Shown: positions 13,714-27,779 of the stretch, in pieces
How positions within the stretch are numbered: the stretch's first letter is position 1
Layout of the letters: every line of letters starts with the position of its first letter
From: the human T2T-CHM13v2.0 reference genome, Homo sapiens
Strand: one strand, 5' to 3'
DNA length: 64,000 nucleotides
Assembly: GCF_009914755.1 (NCBI RefSeq)
Contig: NC_060940.1
Position numbers and translations under genes: made by a program
Notes under the pieces: model-generated
What the model was told of the DNA's origin: nothing
Seen by the model: the letters and a program-made list of their open reading frames with translations, nothing else
Database searches by the model: none

Positions 13714-15009
13714 AGTCCTGAAAGTTTTTATTGACTCTATACACTGGAGTACTTGTATACTGGACGCTTTTAAGAACTCGCCTATTTAAATAGACTCTCT
13801 GTTGCTGCACTAAAGTTTGCCCATGCTATATATGTATCTACTATCTGTAAGGAGTAATGGTTTTGTCTCCTCTTTTTCAAATTTTGTTCTTTTTATTTTG
13901 GTTTGCTTTTGTTTCTGCTAAGTATATTGAATGCAACCTCCAGAACAATGTTTAATAATAGTACCATTAAATTTTAGTCATGCTTCTGATTTTAATTAGA
14001 CTACCTTTACTATTACACTATAAAGGTAATATTGGTTGTTGTTTTGAAAGAGATTATTTCTTTTTTAAGAAACTATATCCCTATGACTATTTTACTAGAT
14101 CATTATTATTTTAACGAAGCTACAAGTTGATGTTTATACATTTTAGATTTTTTTTTTTTAAATGGTAGGAAGAGAATTGTCAAGTTACCTGTTTGGTACA
14201 GACCCAAGACTTGAGTGAGGGGATGGAGAGTTGAGGTAGAAAGTACTGTATCTTTCTACGTTTTAATATCTGAGCAGTCTTTGTTGCATAAGCCATAGTA
14301 CCCCTTCTCCATAGTCTATCAATAGGTGCCTTTTAAACATTCATTCTGGAATGTAGTTATATATTTGTCAAACTTAGTTTATTGTTGTGATGTGATTTTT
14401 ATTGTTTTTCCATGTCTTCATAGACATTTTTTAAGGGACACTGTAAAAGGCTACATCAAAACCTGATGTGGACATGAAATCTCAGGCCTCAAACCTGGTC
14501 ATTTCTCAGCCAGTCATCACTTTCACAATACTCAATTCCTTTTAGAGGAAAAGAATCTATATGGTTTTAGAGATTAGGTTTCTGGCCTGGAATGCCTGCT
14601 AGTTTCCTACTTACTATGCTAAATGTCCAAAATGCTTGTTCATTCATGCATTGAAGTGAAAAAACTGCTCAGTAGCTTTGGGATGGTGTTCTAGTCTCTC
14701 TTGTTTTCTGAAAGACAAACAATAAGTTACAGAGATATCTTATAAACCACCCTTTGCTTGCCTTGAGGCATTTATTGAGTCAATGAATATTTTCCCGTGC
14801 CATCTGAGCACCAGGCATTTTGCTGGGCACCAAGGATACAAGACTGAGTAAAGAGGACATAGCCTCTGCCCTAATACAGACTAAAGAGTAAACAACTCAG
14901 CTAGGAAATAAATACGTTTCTCTGCTCTTGTCTGTACTAACCAACAATGGTAAGTACTCTAAAAGGAAAGAACTGTGCTCAGAATTATAGAAAGACAAGG
15001 ATATGTATC

Positions 15010-15476
15010 CATTAGTCAAGTTATCATGGGAAGCAAATGGCACACTCAATTGGAATCAATAAAAGGGAATGTGAAAGGGAATGATAAGAAGACCATTTCC
15101 AAAGATGTGGGCAGGGTGGAGGAAACTACAGAGGACCATGCAGAATCCTGAAATCAGAAACAACTGCAGGTTTGGAAGGGTGAGGGAAGGAATGGTTTTC
15201 AAGACCCAGTGACAGAGAAGCCCAGGTGAAAGGGCCGCCTGAAAGAACACAGCTACCCTCCCGCACATGGGAAAGCCCAGACCATAAAATCCATGCCTTC
15301 CCTTGTGTCTTCCTCTCTGCCCTTCTTCTGGTGCTCATCGTGGACTGGATTCATTAGGAAGCACAGGGCCAGAGTGTCTTTGCCTATCACACACTCTTGT
15401 CAGCTCCCTTTGGAATGCAGCAGGGTGTGAAAGGGTGGGGAGTGGATCTGGAAGAAGAATGGAAGGATCCAAAACA
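15010..15476 (-). mobile_element. ERVL LTR (LTR33-like)
   Basis: Minus strand CCAGATCCACTCCCACCCTTTCACACCCTGC; plus strand GGCACACTCAA...AAAGATGTGGGCAGGG. Confidence 0.6.
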
Positions 15477-16964
15477 TAAGGAAGTGACCTAATCTGAGGA
15501 CTAAGAGAAGTTTGTAAAGTCAGAAAGTGCTTGATGAGAATGCAGAACTGATGGTGACACTGATACTCAGTGACAGCATTGCTTTGAGGAAGTCACTTAT
15601 TCTTCCCCTAACCCAATGCCATATCAGAAAGTTAATAATGATAATATGTACTGTTTGGGCTTACTATGAGGATGAAAAGAAAAAAATGATGTAAAGCCCT
15701 TTGAGTTGTACCTGGTCCATACAAAAAGCTACATGCTAAATGTTATCATGAATATTAGTTTATTTTCTGCTATAATTGTTCACAGTAGTCAGAAATGTCT
15801 CTGCAATTTCCTGGACAGAAGAGTAGTAAGTCAAACTGGCACACTTGAAATTAATTGGATGAAAGAAGTAGATGCTGCTGCTAAAAGAAAAGTAAACCAT
15901 ATTGCACTTTTGTAAATTAGTAGTTCTGCCAATGCCTGGCCAGGAGAATTGTGAAGTTCTAAAGAGATAATTCATTATTTAAAACAGAGCAAATATAGCT
16001 ACAACCTAAAAGCAGTTGCAGGTTGACCTAGAAGGAAGGATTTCTGGAAGACAGCTGAAATATTTGGGGTTTTCACTATATCCGGGCTCTTATGATGCAT
16101 ACTTTAATTCTCACAACACACAAGAATCATGCAAGATGTATGTTTATGTATGCATGTATCTGTATATATGCACAAAAACACATGTAATATACAAGGCACG
16201 ACCAACTTTTCTTGCCACTATCCTACCCCCTCAATCTTCGAGAGACTTAGGAGACCAAAAAGGGGAGGTTCTCTAGGCAGAGAAGAGTGTTAACACTTAG
16301 CTATGCATTTGGTATGGCTTGATGCTTTTTAAACTCTAAACGGTAGATGATTGAAGTTTCCTCTAAAATCGCTTTTGGCTTCAAAGATGATTACTTGTAT
16401 AAATTATTTTTTAATGGAAGAGGGTGGGAAGAGTGGATGGGGATAACTAATGCAGGCTTCTTTTCATACCAATTTTCTATCTCAAAGTAAAATTTAATTT
16501 AAGTTCTTGAGGCCTTCAGTGTTAATGAGTATTTATTCCTCTTTTTCTTATTAAAAAAAAGATGAGCATTTTTAGCATGATTAAAGTTGATGACAATCTC
16601 ATTTCCATAATTACAATGTATAGCTTTATAAAAATGTAACCCAAATAATGTTCTTTGTGCGTGTGGAGTGTGTGCATTTTCTTTTTCAGGAGAAAAGTGG
16701 AGAAAAGAAATGGAGATTTGTTTGAAAGGGAGAGGTTTTCATTTCCCGATATTTTCCCATTGGAGATCAGGTGTTGGTAGATGGTTCACGTGGTGACATT
16801 CTGTCTTCTAACCCTCAGCATCCTCATCTCCTGTACAGAGATGATCATACCTAGGTGGCAAGGTTGTTATGAGGACCCAATAAGATAATGAGAGGAAAGA
16901 GGAATTTTAACAGGAACAGAGTCAGAGTAATATTTAGTATGATATTTATAATTCTCAAAAAATG

Positions 16965-17240
16965 ATGCAGTGGTTGAGTTCAGGCACTGAGACAGAAAGG
17001 GCTTAGGTTTGAATCTGAACTCTGGCTCCATTAGCTCATTAGTTTGAGAGCAAGGTGCACGACCTCTGTAACCATTTATTCCTTAATCCGTAAAATGGGG
17101 TAACAGTGGATCCTACCTCAGGGTATTGCAGTGGGTCAATGTAGTAAAATGCTTCAATCACAGTGCCTGACACATCATAAGGACCCAATAAATGTGTCTA
17201 TTGTTATTGATAATATTGTAGTTGCTGTTATTATTGAATA
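16965..17240 (+). mobile_element. MIR (further MIR pieces at ~15540-15760 and ~17810-18040)
   Basis: GTAAAATGGGGTAACAGTGG..CCTACCTCAGGG; CAGTGCCTGACACAT...AATAAATG. Confidence 0.75.
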
Positions 17241-18863
17241 AGGCAATTTAAGAGAGAAATATTTGAATCTATGTTCTTTTTGTTGTTGTTGTTCTTTCAG
17301 TCTCAATTTTCTAGAACACTAAGTTTCCACTGAGGACAGCACCTAAGTGAAGTGAAAAAGAGCAGCTAGGTTAGATCTTGCCATATTATTCTTTCCAGTA
17401 CCTTCAATGACTGGGTTTAAAATTGTGATGTAAATGTAACAAAAAAAGTTACTAAGCATGACATCCAATATAAAATGTAGCCCATTAGAATAAGCATATG
17501 GATAAAATATTTCCTGTGGGTAATCTGGTTTTACCATCAGCTTTGCCGATGTGTGCCACATAGTTCCTCACTAAAATAAGTCTGAATGAAACATTTGGGT
17601 CCCTCTGGCAAAGTTGTAGCTTTTGTATCTGAAATATTAGATAATCGAATTCAAAATTATCTCTAGCATCCTATTTCAATTCCACAAACATGATGAAATA
17701 TACAGTGTAGCATCAAGTGACACAGACCGCATCTCAGCCCATACCTCTCTGATTCAAATACCTTCACATTTTCACTTGAAAATTCAGGTCTCCTGACTTC
17801 CAAGGCTGCATAGAGTAATGGATATAAGCATGAGCTTTCCAGTCATATAAATGTGGGCTTGAGTCTCTTCTTTCTCGTCTACTGGCTGTGTGACCTTGAA
17901 TTAGTTATTTAACCTGATTGTCTTCATCTGTAAGACTAGGATAATGGCTCCAATATCACAGGCTGTTGCAAGGATTAAATTGACAATCATGAGTGTCAAG
18001 TCCTTTCTACATAATAAGTATCAATAAATGGTGTTTTTTATCTTTTCTAAGCCTTGGCTGTGCTAAGTTCAAATATGGTGTGGTGGTGAGTGATTAAACT
18101 TCACTCAGAATTTTCCATCACTGACATTCTAAAAGTCAATTTATAAAATATATATATATATATATACACACACATATATGTGCTGAAAGCATGTTCTATG
18201 CCAGCTTTATTTTTATTATTTACCCACGTGTGAGTCAGCTTTTGAATCAAGTGGTTAATAATTTGAATGGAGTTAGTGGAATCCTGATATTGATTACTCA
18301 ATGCTACATTTTTATCATTTCTGACAAATGGGAATTTTTAAGATAACCTTGGTAATTTATCTTTAAAAATTTGACATACAGTCCCTTGAGACAAATTCAT
18401 TCAATTTACACAAGCCTATTGGAAGAGCTAAGCATTTGCTGTCATTTTTCTTAATGAAAAGTCGAACTGCAAACCATCAAAGTTACCAGGAAAACATGAT
18501 TTTATAAATGAAGGATTTTTAATTCCCTAATATCCTGAAGGTGATTTTGTAATGGCTGCATTGTTCTGGAAATCTTTGTTTTCTTGCATGTTGTATTTAA
18601 TTTTTCCAATCAAAATTACCACCCCTGATCATATGAGTATATATGAAGGGCCTATGGCTGTTGGTATGACATAAAAGCTTTAGTTCATTTATATAAAGTC
18701 ATCATGTCATTAAACACATATTTCACATATGGAAGTCATTCTGTTGCCACAGCTCTCTAAGTTAAAATTTTAGCATAAACTGGTGGAATATTGCATTTTC
18801 AAAAGCGTATTACATAGCACCTTTAGTAACTTGCAAAGGTTTTTTTTTTCCACATACATTCAC

Positions 18864-19225
18864 TGCCTTAGTCTATTTGGGCTGCTATAATAAAATACCA
18901 TAAAATTGATTAGCTTATTCATGATGGATATTTATTTCTTATAGTTCTGGAAGTGAGAAACTCCAAGATCAAGAGACTAGCAGATTCGGTATGTGGTGAG
19001 GGGTGTTTCCTGCCTCATAGATGGTGTCTTCTAGCTGTGTCCTCATGTGGTGCAAATCACAAGGCAATTTTCTAAGACGTCTTTTATAAGGACAGTAATG
19101 CCATTCATGACCCACCCTTATGATCAAATCACCTGCCTAAGGCTTCACCTTCTAAGGCCATTACACTGGGGATTAGGTTTTGAACATATAAATTTTGGGG
19201 AGACACAGCCATTCAGACCACAGCA
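18864..19225 (-). mobile_element. MLT1A-type MaLR solo LTR
   Basis: TGCCTTAGTCTATTTGGGCTGCTATAA...ATTCAGACCACAGCA termini. Confidence 0.85.
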
Positions 19226-20854
19226 TTTACCATATTTTTTCTCCCAAAATTTCTACAGGAAAGATAAGGCAGTTATTTCCATTTAATCAGTGGGAAAAAT
19301 TGTAACTGATGCAAAGCCACATGGTTAATAAAGAGTAGAGCACAGTCTGCAGCCCAAGTTTTTTGGTGTATTTTGTTCAGTGTCATTTCCACCTAAATTA
19401 CAAATAACTCCTTCTGAGTTCATTCCTTTATCTTTGTATATTTGTTCAGATGTAACAGTGGATCCAATGCAAAATGAATTAACCGTATAAGAAAAAATAC
19501 GATCATATCTTACAACAAGAAGTCCTAACATAAGTAAGCTAGTTAGAGGTTTGATAACCTAGTTAGAGGTTTGATGTTGACATGAAGGATCCGTCTCCAT
19601 CTTCTGCCCTGCTGTGCTCTAGCAACGAATATGTTCCTCAGGCTAGTCCCCCTAATTGTCAAAAGATGGCTAGCAGAGATGTAAGGAAAAACTTGCTTCA
19701 TTGAAAGGAATGGCTGAATTTGAAAGCAAATTACACAGAGAAATTATTGTAAATAGCATCAATACAATCCAGTCAACACTGAAAGCTTAAATTCAGCCAT
19801 TACTGGGATGATTTAATTAAGTAAAGTTCCTTGTGCAGGCAGATTTTAAAATGACATAACCTGATTTCTGAAACCCATAAAAATCTAAGAAGCCAAAGAC
19901 AATTATTTTTTCATTTATTCACATCGTAAAAACAGATGCAGTAAATGGTTGGGGCCATCTGAAGATATTTTACAAGCGGTTCCATCTGCTTGCTGGCATT
20001 CTACCCAAGCAGTGTGGGTGGTTCTGAGCTCTGAGTCATTTCTGTCAAACAGTTGCATAACTTGGCAGGAGATGGAACCATTTTCTTTCCTTTCTTTCTT
20101 CCTTTATTTTTTATGTCCTGGAGTGGATAGAAGCAGGTCATTTATTTTGTTTTGTTCCACTTCTAAGACAAAGGGGGAAAAAAAGTTCTTTTTTTATGTA
20201 CTTGTTCAATGTTTCATAGTGCCTTGGCTGGTAATTTCCTAGAAGGGTGGTGTTAGGTGTCCCTTGAGGGTGAAATAGAAGCTGTCATCTATTGCTTGCT
20301 TGCCAGCATAAATCTTTTCACTGGCTATGCCCATCTACTTATATACATCTTCCACTTGCTCTGCCCCTGGTGTATTAGAAGTAAAATATGTGCTGAAATT
20401 CATCAACATAAAAAATTACATAAGTTCTTATCTGATATTTACATTCTTCCTGTTCAAAAAAAACTTCATATGTCAAATTTCACCCAGATAGTGGTTCGCG
20501 ACACTATATAGTATGAGGACATGAGAAACAGGCATGAATTCAGGCTTAGGCAAAAGTAGGAGCTTAAGTGAATCCTTTTTTAGGTGGTCTTATACAATAA
20601 TTTTTAATTGCTTCATTCATTTCATTTTCCTCTCATCAAGACGTGAAGGAGTAAGTTAGAGAAGATTTTACACTTTCTACACGGCAAGTAGATATGCGGA
20701 TGCCTAGAACGTTAAGTGATTTGTCCAAGATAATAAATATTTGAATTGCAAGTGGATTCTGATTTTGAATGTATCCATAAAACACTCAGTATTGGTCAGA
20801 GAAAGTATGAATGAAGAATCTCACCGGAGAGTCTAGTCTAGAATCTCACATTGT

Positions 20855-21275
20855 TGTGATGTATGTGCAGATCCTTTTTCCAGGCTGAAACACACATTCT
20901 CCCAACTACCTGGAGTGTTGTCAGCTGATAGCTGAAATTTTCTCTGAGAATTTGTCCTCAGACCAAAAAAAAAAAAAAAAAAAAAAGTCCCCCTCTTCCA
21001 TAGTCATGCTCTTTCCTTTGGGACGTTTCTCATCCACTGATTGTTCAATATGGGGGTGAAAATGCCTAGTTTCTTAACCTCAAGTCACGACGACTTTAAT
21101 GAAAGTTTATCCCAACCCAAAGCTCCCCATGGAATCAGCTGATAGCTTTGTTGTCGATGCATTGAAATTAAATTCCTCCAGACCTCTGTCTGATCATACT
21201 TCCATCACTTTCTAATAATCTTTCTACATGCAAATCTTTTTACAATTTGTCTCCTGGGGGATCTAGCCTAAGGCA
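20855..21275 (+). mobile_element. LTR16 (LTR16C-like) ERVL 5' LTR
   Basis: End CTACATGCAAATC...CCTGGGGGATCTAGCCTAAGGCA; internal A-run at ~20965-20986. Confidence 0.7.
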
Positions 21276-22970
21276 GGTAGTGTCAAGAAGAATGAAGATC
21301 TGACAAAGGATTTTGGTGTTAGACTAAATGGAGTATGCCCTATTGGCATACTATGGTTGTGCAATTTTAAAATTTTTCAGTCGTGGTAAAATGAATAAGG
21401 TATTGGTGAAAGAAAATATGCTGGCAAGGGTAATGTCTCTGGTATACGAGAAATTTTAGAGGAGGTAGTAAGTTATAGGACAATGGAATTAGATGAATAA
21501 CAGCTAACTGTAAAGTCAGCAGGCACTGTTAATGTCATATGGAGAAACTCTTATCTCATGCAATCAAAAAGCAGAAAATAATTCAGGTCTGGCCTAGGAC
21601 TTAATGAATGGCAGAATTTTAGAACAGGTTGAATTCTCCATCTTAGAAAATAGATTTTGCCAAAATCAGACTCTTGATTTGGAAAGACTAGGATCTTCTG
21701 AAAATATGAAATGGAAATATCTTGGTGGATGTATCCAAATGTCTCGAATCTCCAAATGCCTTACTATGCTCTGGGCTTACAGAAGTGGGCCACTGTGACC
21801 TGTTAAGGAAAGTATTCCAGTCTTCCTTGACAAAAATATAGAGAACTTTGCCTGCAGGACCATGAAAAGAATACATCTTGGAATGTACCTCCAATTCCAT
21901 TTTGACCACCAGACCAATGAGTCAGGTCAAGTCATAATACAATTTGGCAAGGGAAGTGCTGGGCATGAAAGGAGAAAAAAGAACATACCCAAAGAGGGGT
22001 GCAGGACCTAGCCAAAATGTACCCGAGGAAAACCAGATTTTGTATGGAAGGATCTTGATGATGCTGCAATTGAGGGGGTCATAAAGTTGCATAAGAGGAG
22101 GTTTAGTATCCCATGATACATACTTTAACATCCAGGCAAGGACTCTGAGGGCCAGTGATAGTATACCTTTAGGATGGTTCTTGGAAACTTGGATAAAAGA
22201 CTGCCTCATGCTAAATGACATAAAAATGCCAGGATTTCCATGTTAGACAATGGAAGAAGGGACCAAACGGCTCAGTGAGGTGGGCATGATAGAGCTGACA
22301 TACTAGGTAAGCTAGTGGTGTCCATAAGAAGTCTGTGCGCCCTAGGAGCTTAGCAGTAAGGGATGTAATAGTGAGAGAGCATTGGCATTGTTGTGAAAGT
22401 CAAAGATGGTTGTGTTTTATAGACCAAAACCAATGGTAGGAAATGTTTTTAGGGAATTGGGCTAATTGATAGCAATGCAGTGATAGGATCTTAAAATAAC
22501 AGTGACAAGGTCGTAGTGTTTAACTGTCAGATAAATGGCAAGGTCAAAGTGGCAGTCAGGAGGAGTTACTTGAGGAGATCAGTGGAGTTGGTTAATAGAA
22601 AATAATATTCTTAAGGGCAAGATAGATGGGCAGCTAACAAGGCTATATCTTGAACAATATAATGGAAAGAAATTATTAAAAAACGGTTGATTAAGAGGCA
22701 AAGTGCAACTACACAAATTAAAAAAGCGTTATCCCTTGACTAGTTTCTGATCCTGAGCCAGTGCTTAGGCCTAGAACCCATTGATCAAAAAAAGAGGTTG
22801 AATGTACAGGACTATGGAAATTGCATTCAGTAATAATCTTTATCCTTCCACAACAAAACCTAAAGCCCTTTTCTAGAATTATTATAAATTTGGTCAAAGA
22901 AAATTCCCAAACATTTCAAAAACTGAAGGATACAGGGTCTAAAATGCTCTCTATCATGACTACAGTGGAA
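21276..22970 (+). mobile_element. Decayed ERVL internal region (ERV3-16A3-int-like)
   Basis: Directly follows LTR16; decayed gag-like sequence; no intact ORF. Confidence 0.6.
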
Positions 22971-22974
22971 GACG

Positions 22975-23700
22975 CATGATTCTGTACTTGTCAAAAACCA
23001 TAGAATTATGTCTCACAAAAAAATGAAATAAATCAAATAAAAACAGATCAACAAGGAAATTGGGGGAAGGGTATTTCAATTGGATACTGTAAGGCTAAAG
23101 GCAAACTGTACATAAACACTGCCCTGTAGTTAGTAAAGTTATTTCTCTCAAGGGTATGGGCTAGCAATTTTAACTATTTTATGTATATTTAAATGTTGAA
23201 CAAATAATTAAATATATTATTTATAATGAGAACCAAGTTTCTCATGTTGATAAAGAACTTGCAAATAAAGAAAAAAAAATGGCTGAAATAAAACGTGTTT
23301 GATTGAAATTGAAAGTATCAGTATGAACTTATGGTTTCAGAAATATATAGAGAATAGGAGGATGATTACCAGAGTCTGGGAAGAGTAGTGGTTGGGGGAG
23401 TGCTGTGGGGGAAGGTGGAGATGGTTAATGAGTGCAAATATAGTTAGAAAAAATAAGACCTAGTATTTTATAGCACAACAGGGGGATTATATTCAATAAT
23501 AATTTAATTGTACATTTAAAAATAACTAAAAGAGTATAATCAGCTTGTTTATAACACAAAGGATACATGCTTGAGGGGATGGATACCTAATTTTCCATAA
23601 TATGATTATTACACATTGCATGCCTGTACCAAAATATCTCATGTACTTCATAAATACATACACCACAATGTACCCACAAAAATAAAAAATAAAAAAAGAA
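22975..23700 (+). mobile_element. L1MC-like 3' fragment followed by L1MA (MA1-3-like) 3' end
   Basis: L1MA motif AACACAAAGGATACATGCTTGAGGGGATGGATACC with A tail at ~23677-23700. Confidence 0.8.
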
Positions 23701-24351
23701 AGAAATACATACAGATAAAAAATGTTGACTGTTGCATTTGCTGTGCAGAAACTATTTAATTTGATGTAGTCCTTCTTGTTTATTTTTGCTTTTGTTGTCA
23801 TTGCTTTTGGTGTCATATCCAAAAAATAATTGCAAAGACCAATGTTAAGGAACAAAAGCTCCCTATGTTTTCTTCTATGAGTTTTAAAGTTCCAAGTCTT
23901 ACATTTAAATCTTTAGTTCATTTCTAGTTAATGTTTGTCCATAGGTATAAGGTAGGTTTCCATTTCATTCATTTGCATATATATATCCACTTTTGCCAAC
24001 ACCATTTATTAAAGAGAACTTTCTTTTTCCATTGTGTATTATTTGTGCCCTTATCAAAAATTAGTTGACTGTATATGCATGGATTTATTTCTGTGCTGTC
24101 TATTCTGCGTCATTCATCCATGTGTCTAATTTTATGCCAATACCATACTGTTTAGATTACCATAGCTTTGAAATATATTTGAAATCAGGAAGTGGGATGC
24201 CCCCAACTTTGTCCTTCTTTCTCAAGATTACTTTGATTATTTGGGGTTATTTCTAGTTCTATATGAATTTCAGTACTTTTTTTATTTCTGTAAAAAGTGC
24301 CATTGGAATACTTATAAGGATTATGTTGAATCATTAGATCACGTTGGATAG

Positions 24352-24886
24352 TGTGATGGTTAATATTGACTGTCAACTTGATTGGATTGAAGGATGCAAA
24401 GTATTGTTCCTGAGTGTGTCTGTGAGGGGTGTTGCCAAAGGAAATTAACATTTGCATCAGTGGACTTGGAGGGGCAGATACACCCTCAATCTGGGTGGAC
24501 ACCATCTAATCAGCTGCCAGCGCAGCTAGAATAAAGCAGGCAGAAGAAGGTGGAAAAGAGCAGGCTTGCTGGGTCTTCTGGTCTTCATCCTTCTCCTGTG
24601 CTGTATGCTTCCGGCCTTCAAACATCTTCAACTCTTAGACTCTTGAACTTACCCCATTGGTTTGCCAGGGGCTCTCGGGCCTTTGGCCACAGACTGATGC
24701 TGCTCTGTCGACTTCTCTATTTTTGAGGTTTTGGGACTCAGGCTGGCTTCCTTGCTTCTCAGCGTAGATGACCTGTTCTGGGACTTCACCTTGTGATCAT
24801 GTGAGTCCATACTCCTTAATAAAGTCCCCTTCATATATACATCTATCCTATTAGTTCCATCCCTCTAGAGAACCCTGACTAATACA
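24352..24886 (+). mobile_element. MLT2A (HERV-L) solo LTR
   Basis: TGTGATGGTTAATATTG...GAGAACCCTGACTAATACA; perfect 5-bp TSD GATAG. Confidence 0.92.
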
Positions 24887-26142
24887 GATAGTTTGGACAT
24901 TTAAAACATTAATTTTTTCAATCCGTGACACATGATATTTTTCCATTTATTTGTGTCTTCTTCCATTTTTTTATAGTTTTTGCTTTATAGTTTTAGTGTA
25001 CAGATCTTTTACCTCCTTTGTTAAATTTCTAATTATTTTATTCTTTTTGATGAATTTTAAATGGAATTGACTTTTTATTTCTTTTTCAAGTATTTCATTG
25101 TTGATATGAAGAGGAATTACTGATATTTGTGTATTTGTTTTGTACTCTGGAACTTTGCTGAATTTATTTTTTAATTTGAATCAATTTTTATGAAGTCTTA
25201 GTGGTTTCTACATATAGAAATATGTAATCTGCAACTGGAGGTAATTTTAATTTTTTCCTTCTGGTTTGTATATCTTTTATTTTTCTTTCTTGTCTAATTG
25301 CTCCTGCTAGGATGAGTACACTGTTTAATAAAAGTGGCAAGAACAGGCATTCTAGTATTGTAGTGAAGCATACAAGACAAACTTTCAGTTTTACTCCATT
25401 GATTATGATATGATGGCCTTCAGTGTGTTGAGATAAGTTTCTTCTCTACCTATTTTGGTGAAAGTTTTTATTATGAATAGATGTTGAATTTTATCAAATA
25501 CTGTTTCTGCAACTATTGAGATGGTCATGTAATTTGTGTCTTTCATTCTGTTAATATGGTGTATTACACTGATTAATTTGAATATGTTGAAACAATATTG
25601 CATCCCAGGGATAAATATTACTTGGTCATGGTGCATAATATTTTCTGTTGTGCCGTTGAATTCAGTTTCCTCATATTTTATTGTGCATGTTTATATCTAT
25701 GTTTTCTGTGGTGTCTTTGTTCAGCATTGTTATTCGTGTGATGTTGGCTTCAAAAAATGGCTTTGAAAATGTTCTCTTTTTTTCTGTTTTTTGGAAGAGT
25801 TTAACATGAATTGCTATTCGTTCTTTGAGTATTTAGTAGAATTCACCTATGAAAGTATTTGGCCTCGGGCTTCTCTTTGTTGGAAAGGTTCTGATTCCTG
25901 CTTCCTTATTGGTTTTGGTCGGCTCAGGCTTTCTGTTTCTTCTTGATTCACTCTTGGTAGGTTGCATATTTCTAAGAATGTATTCATTTTTCACAGGTTA
26001 TCCAATTCATTGGCATATAATTTTTTGTAATAATCTCATGATCTTTTTTATTTCTGGGGCATCTATCGTATTGCATCTTCTTTCATTTCTGATTGTATTT
26101 GAGTCTTTTCTCTCTTTTAGTTAAGCTATAAGGGTCCCTCGA

Positions 26143-26301
26143 TTTTAGATACAGGGTCTTGCTGTGTTGCCCAGGCTGGTGTGCAGTGGCATGATCATAG
26201 AACATAGTTTACTACAACTTCGAACTGCTGGGCTCAAACAGTCCTCCTGCCTCAGTCTCCCAAAGCATTGTGACTACAGGCATGAACCACCATGCCTGGC
26301 C
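26143..26301 (-). mobile_element. Alu monomer (FRAM/FLAM-like)
   Basis: Single ~160-bp monomer ending CATGCCTGGCC. Confidence 0.8.
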
Positions 26302-26399
26302 TCTATTTCCTTTCTGTTCTCTATTTGATTTACTTCTGCTCTGATCTTTATTATTTACTTTTTCTTTGGACTAACTTTCGCCTTAATCTGTTCCTCTTT

Positions 26400-27359
<960 letters not shown>

Positions 27360-27779
27360 GATTTCTTCTTTTTTAACGTCAGTGTTCATCATTGTAAACC
27401 ATCCTCTTAATACTGGTTTTGCTGCATCTAATAAGTTTTTATTGTTGTGTTTTCATTTTGTCTTATTTTTAAAATTTCCTTTTGATTTATTTTTTGACCC
27501 AATGGCTGTTCAAGAGTGTGTTGTTTAGTTTCCACAAATTTGTAAATTTGATTTTCTTGCTGTTATTGATTACTAATTTCATTCCATCGTGGTCAGAAAA
27601 GAAACTTGGCATATTTTGACCTTCTTATATATAAGAATGTATAAAGTGAACATGGAGCATTCTCAGAATATATCACATTAGGTCTCTTGGGGGGAAATTT
27701 CTATATATGTCTACTAGTTCCATTTGGTCTAATATGTAGTTCCCAACCAATGTTTTCTTATTAGTTTTCCTACTATTAT

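Noticed and set aside
16670-17380. Splice-acceptor-like tracts (TTTTCTTTTTCAG at ~16689, GTTCTTTCAG at ~17300)
   Set aside because: No convincing paired donor or reading frame; exons cannot be called without transcript data.
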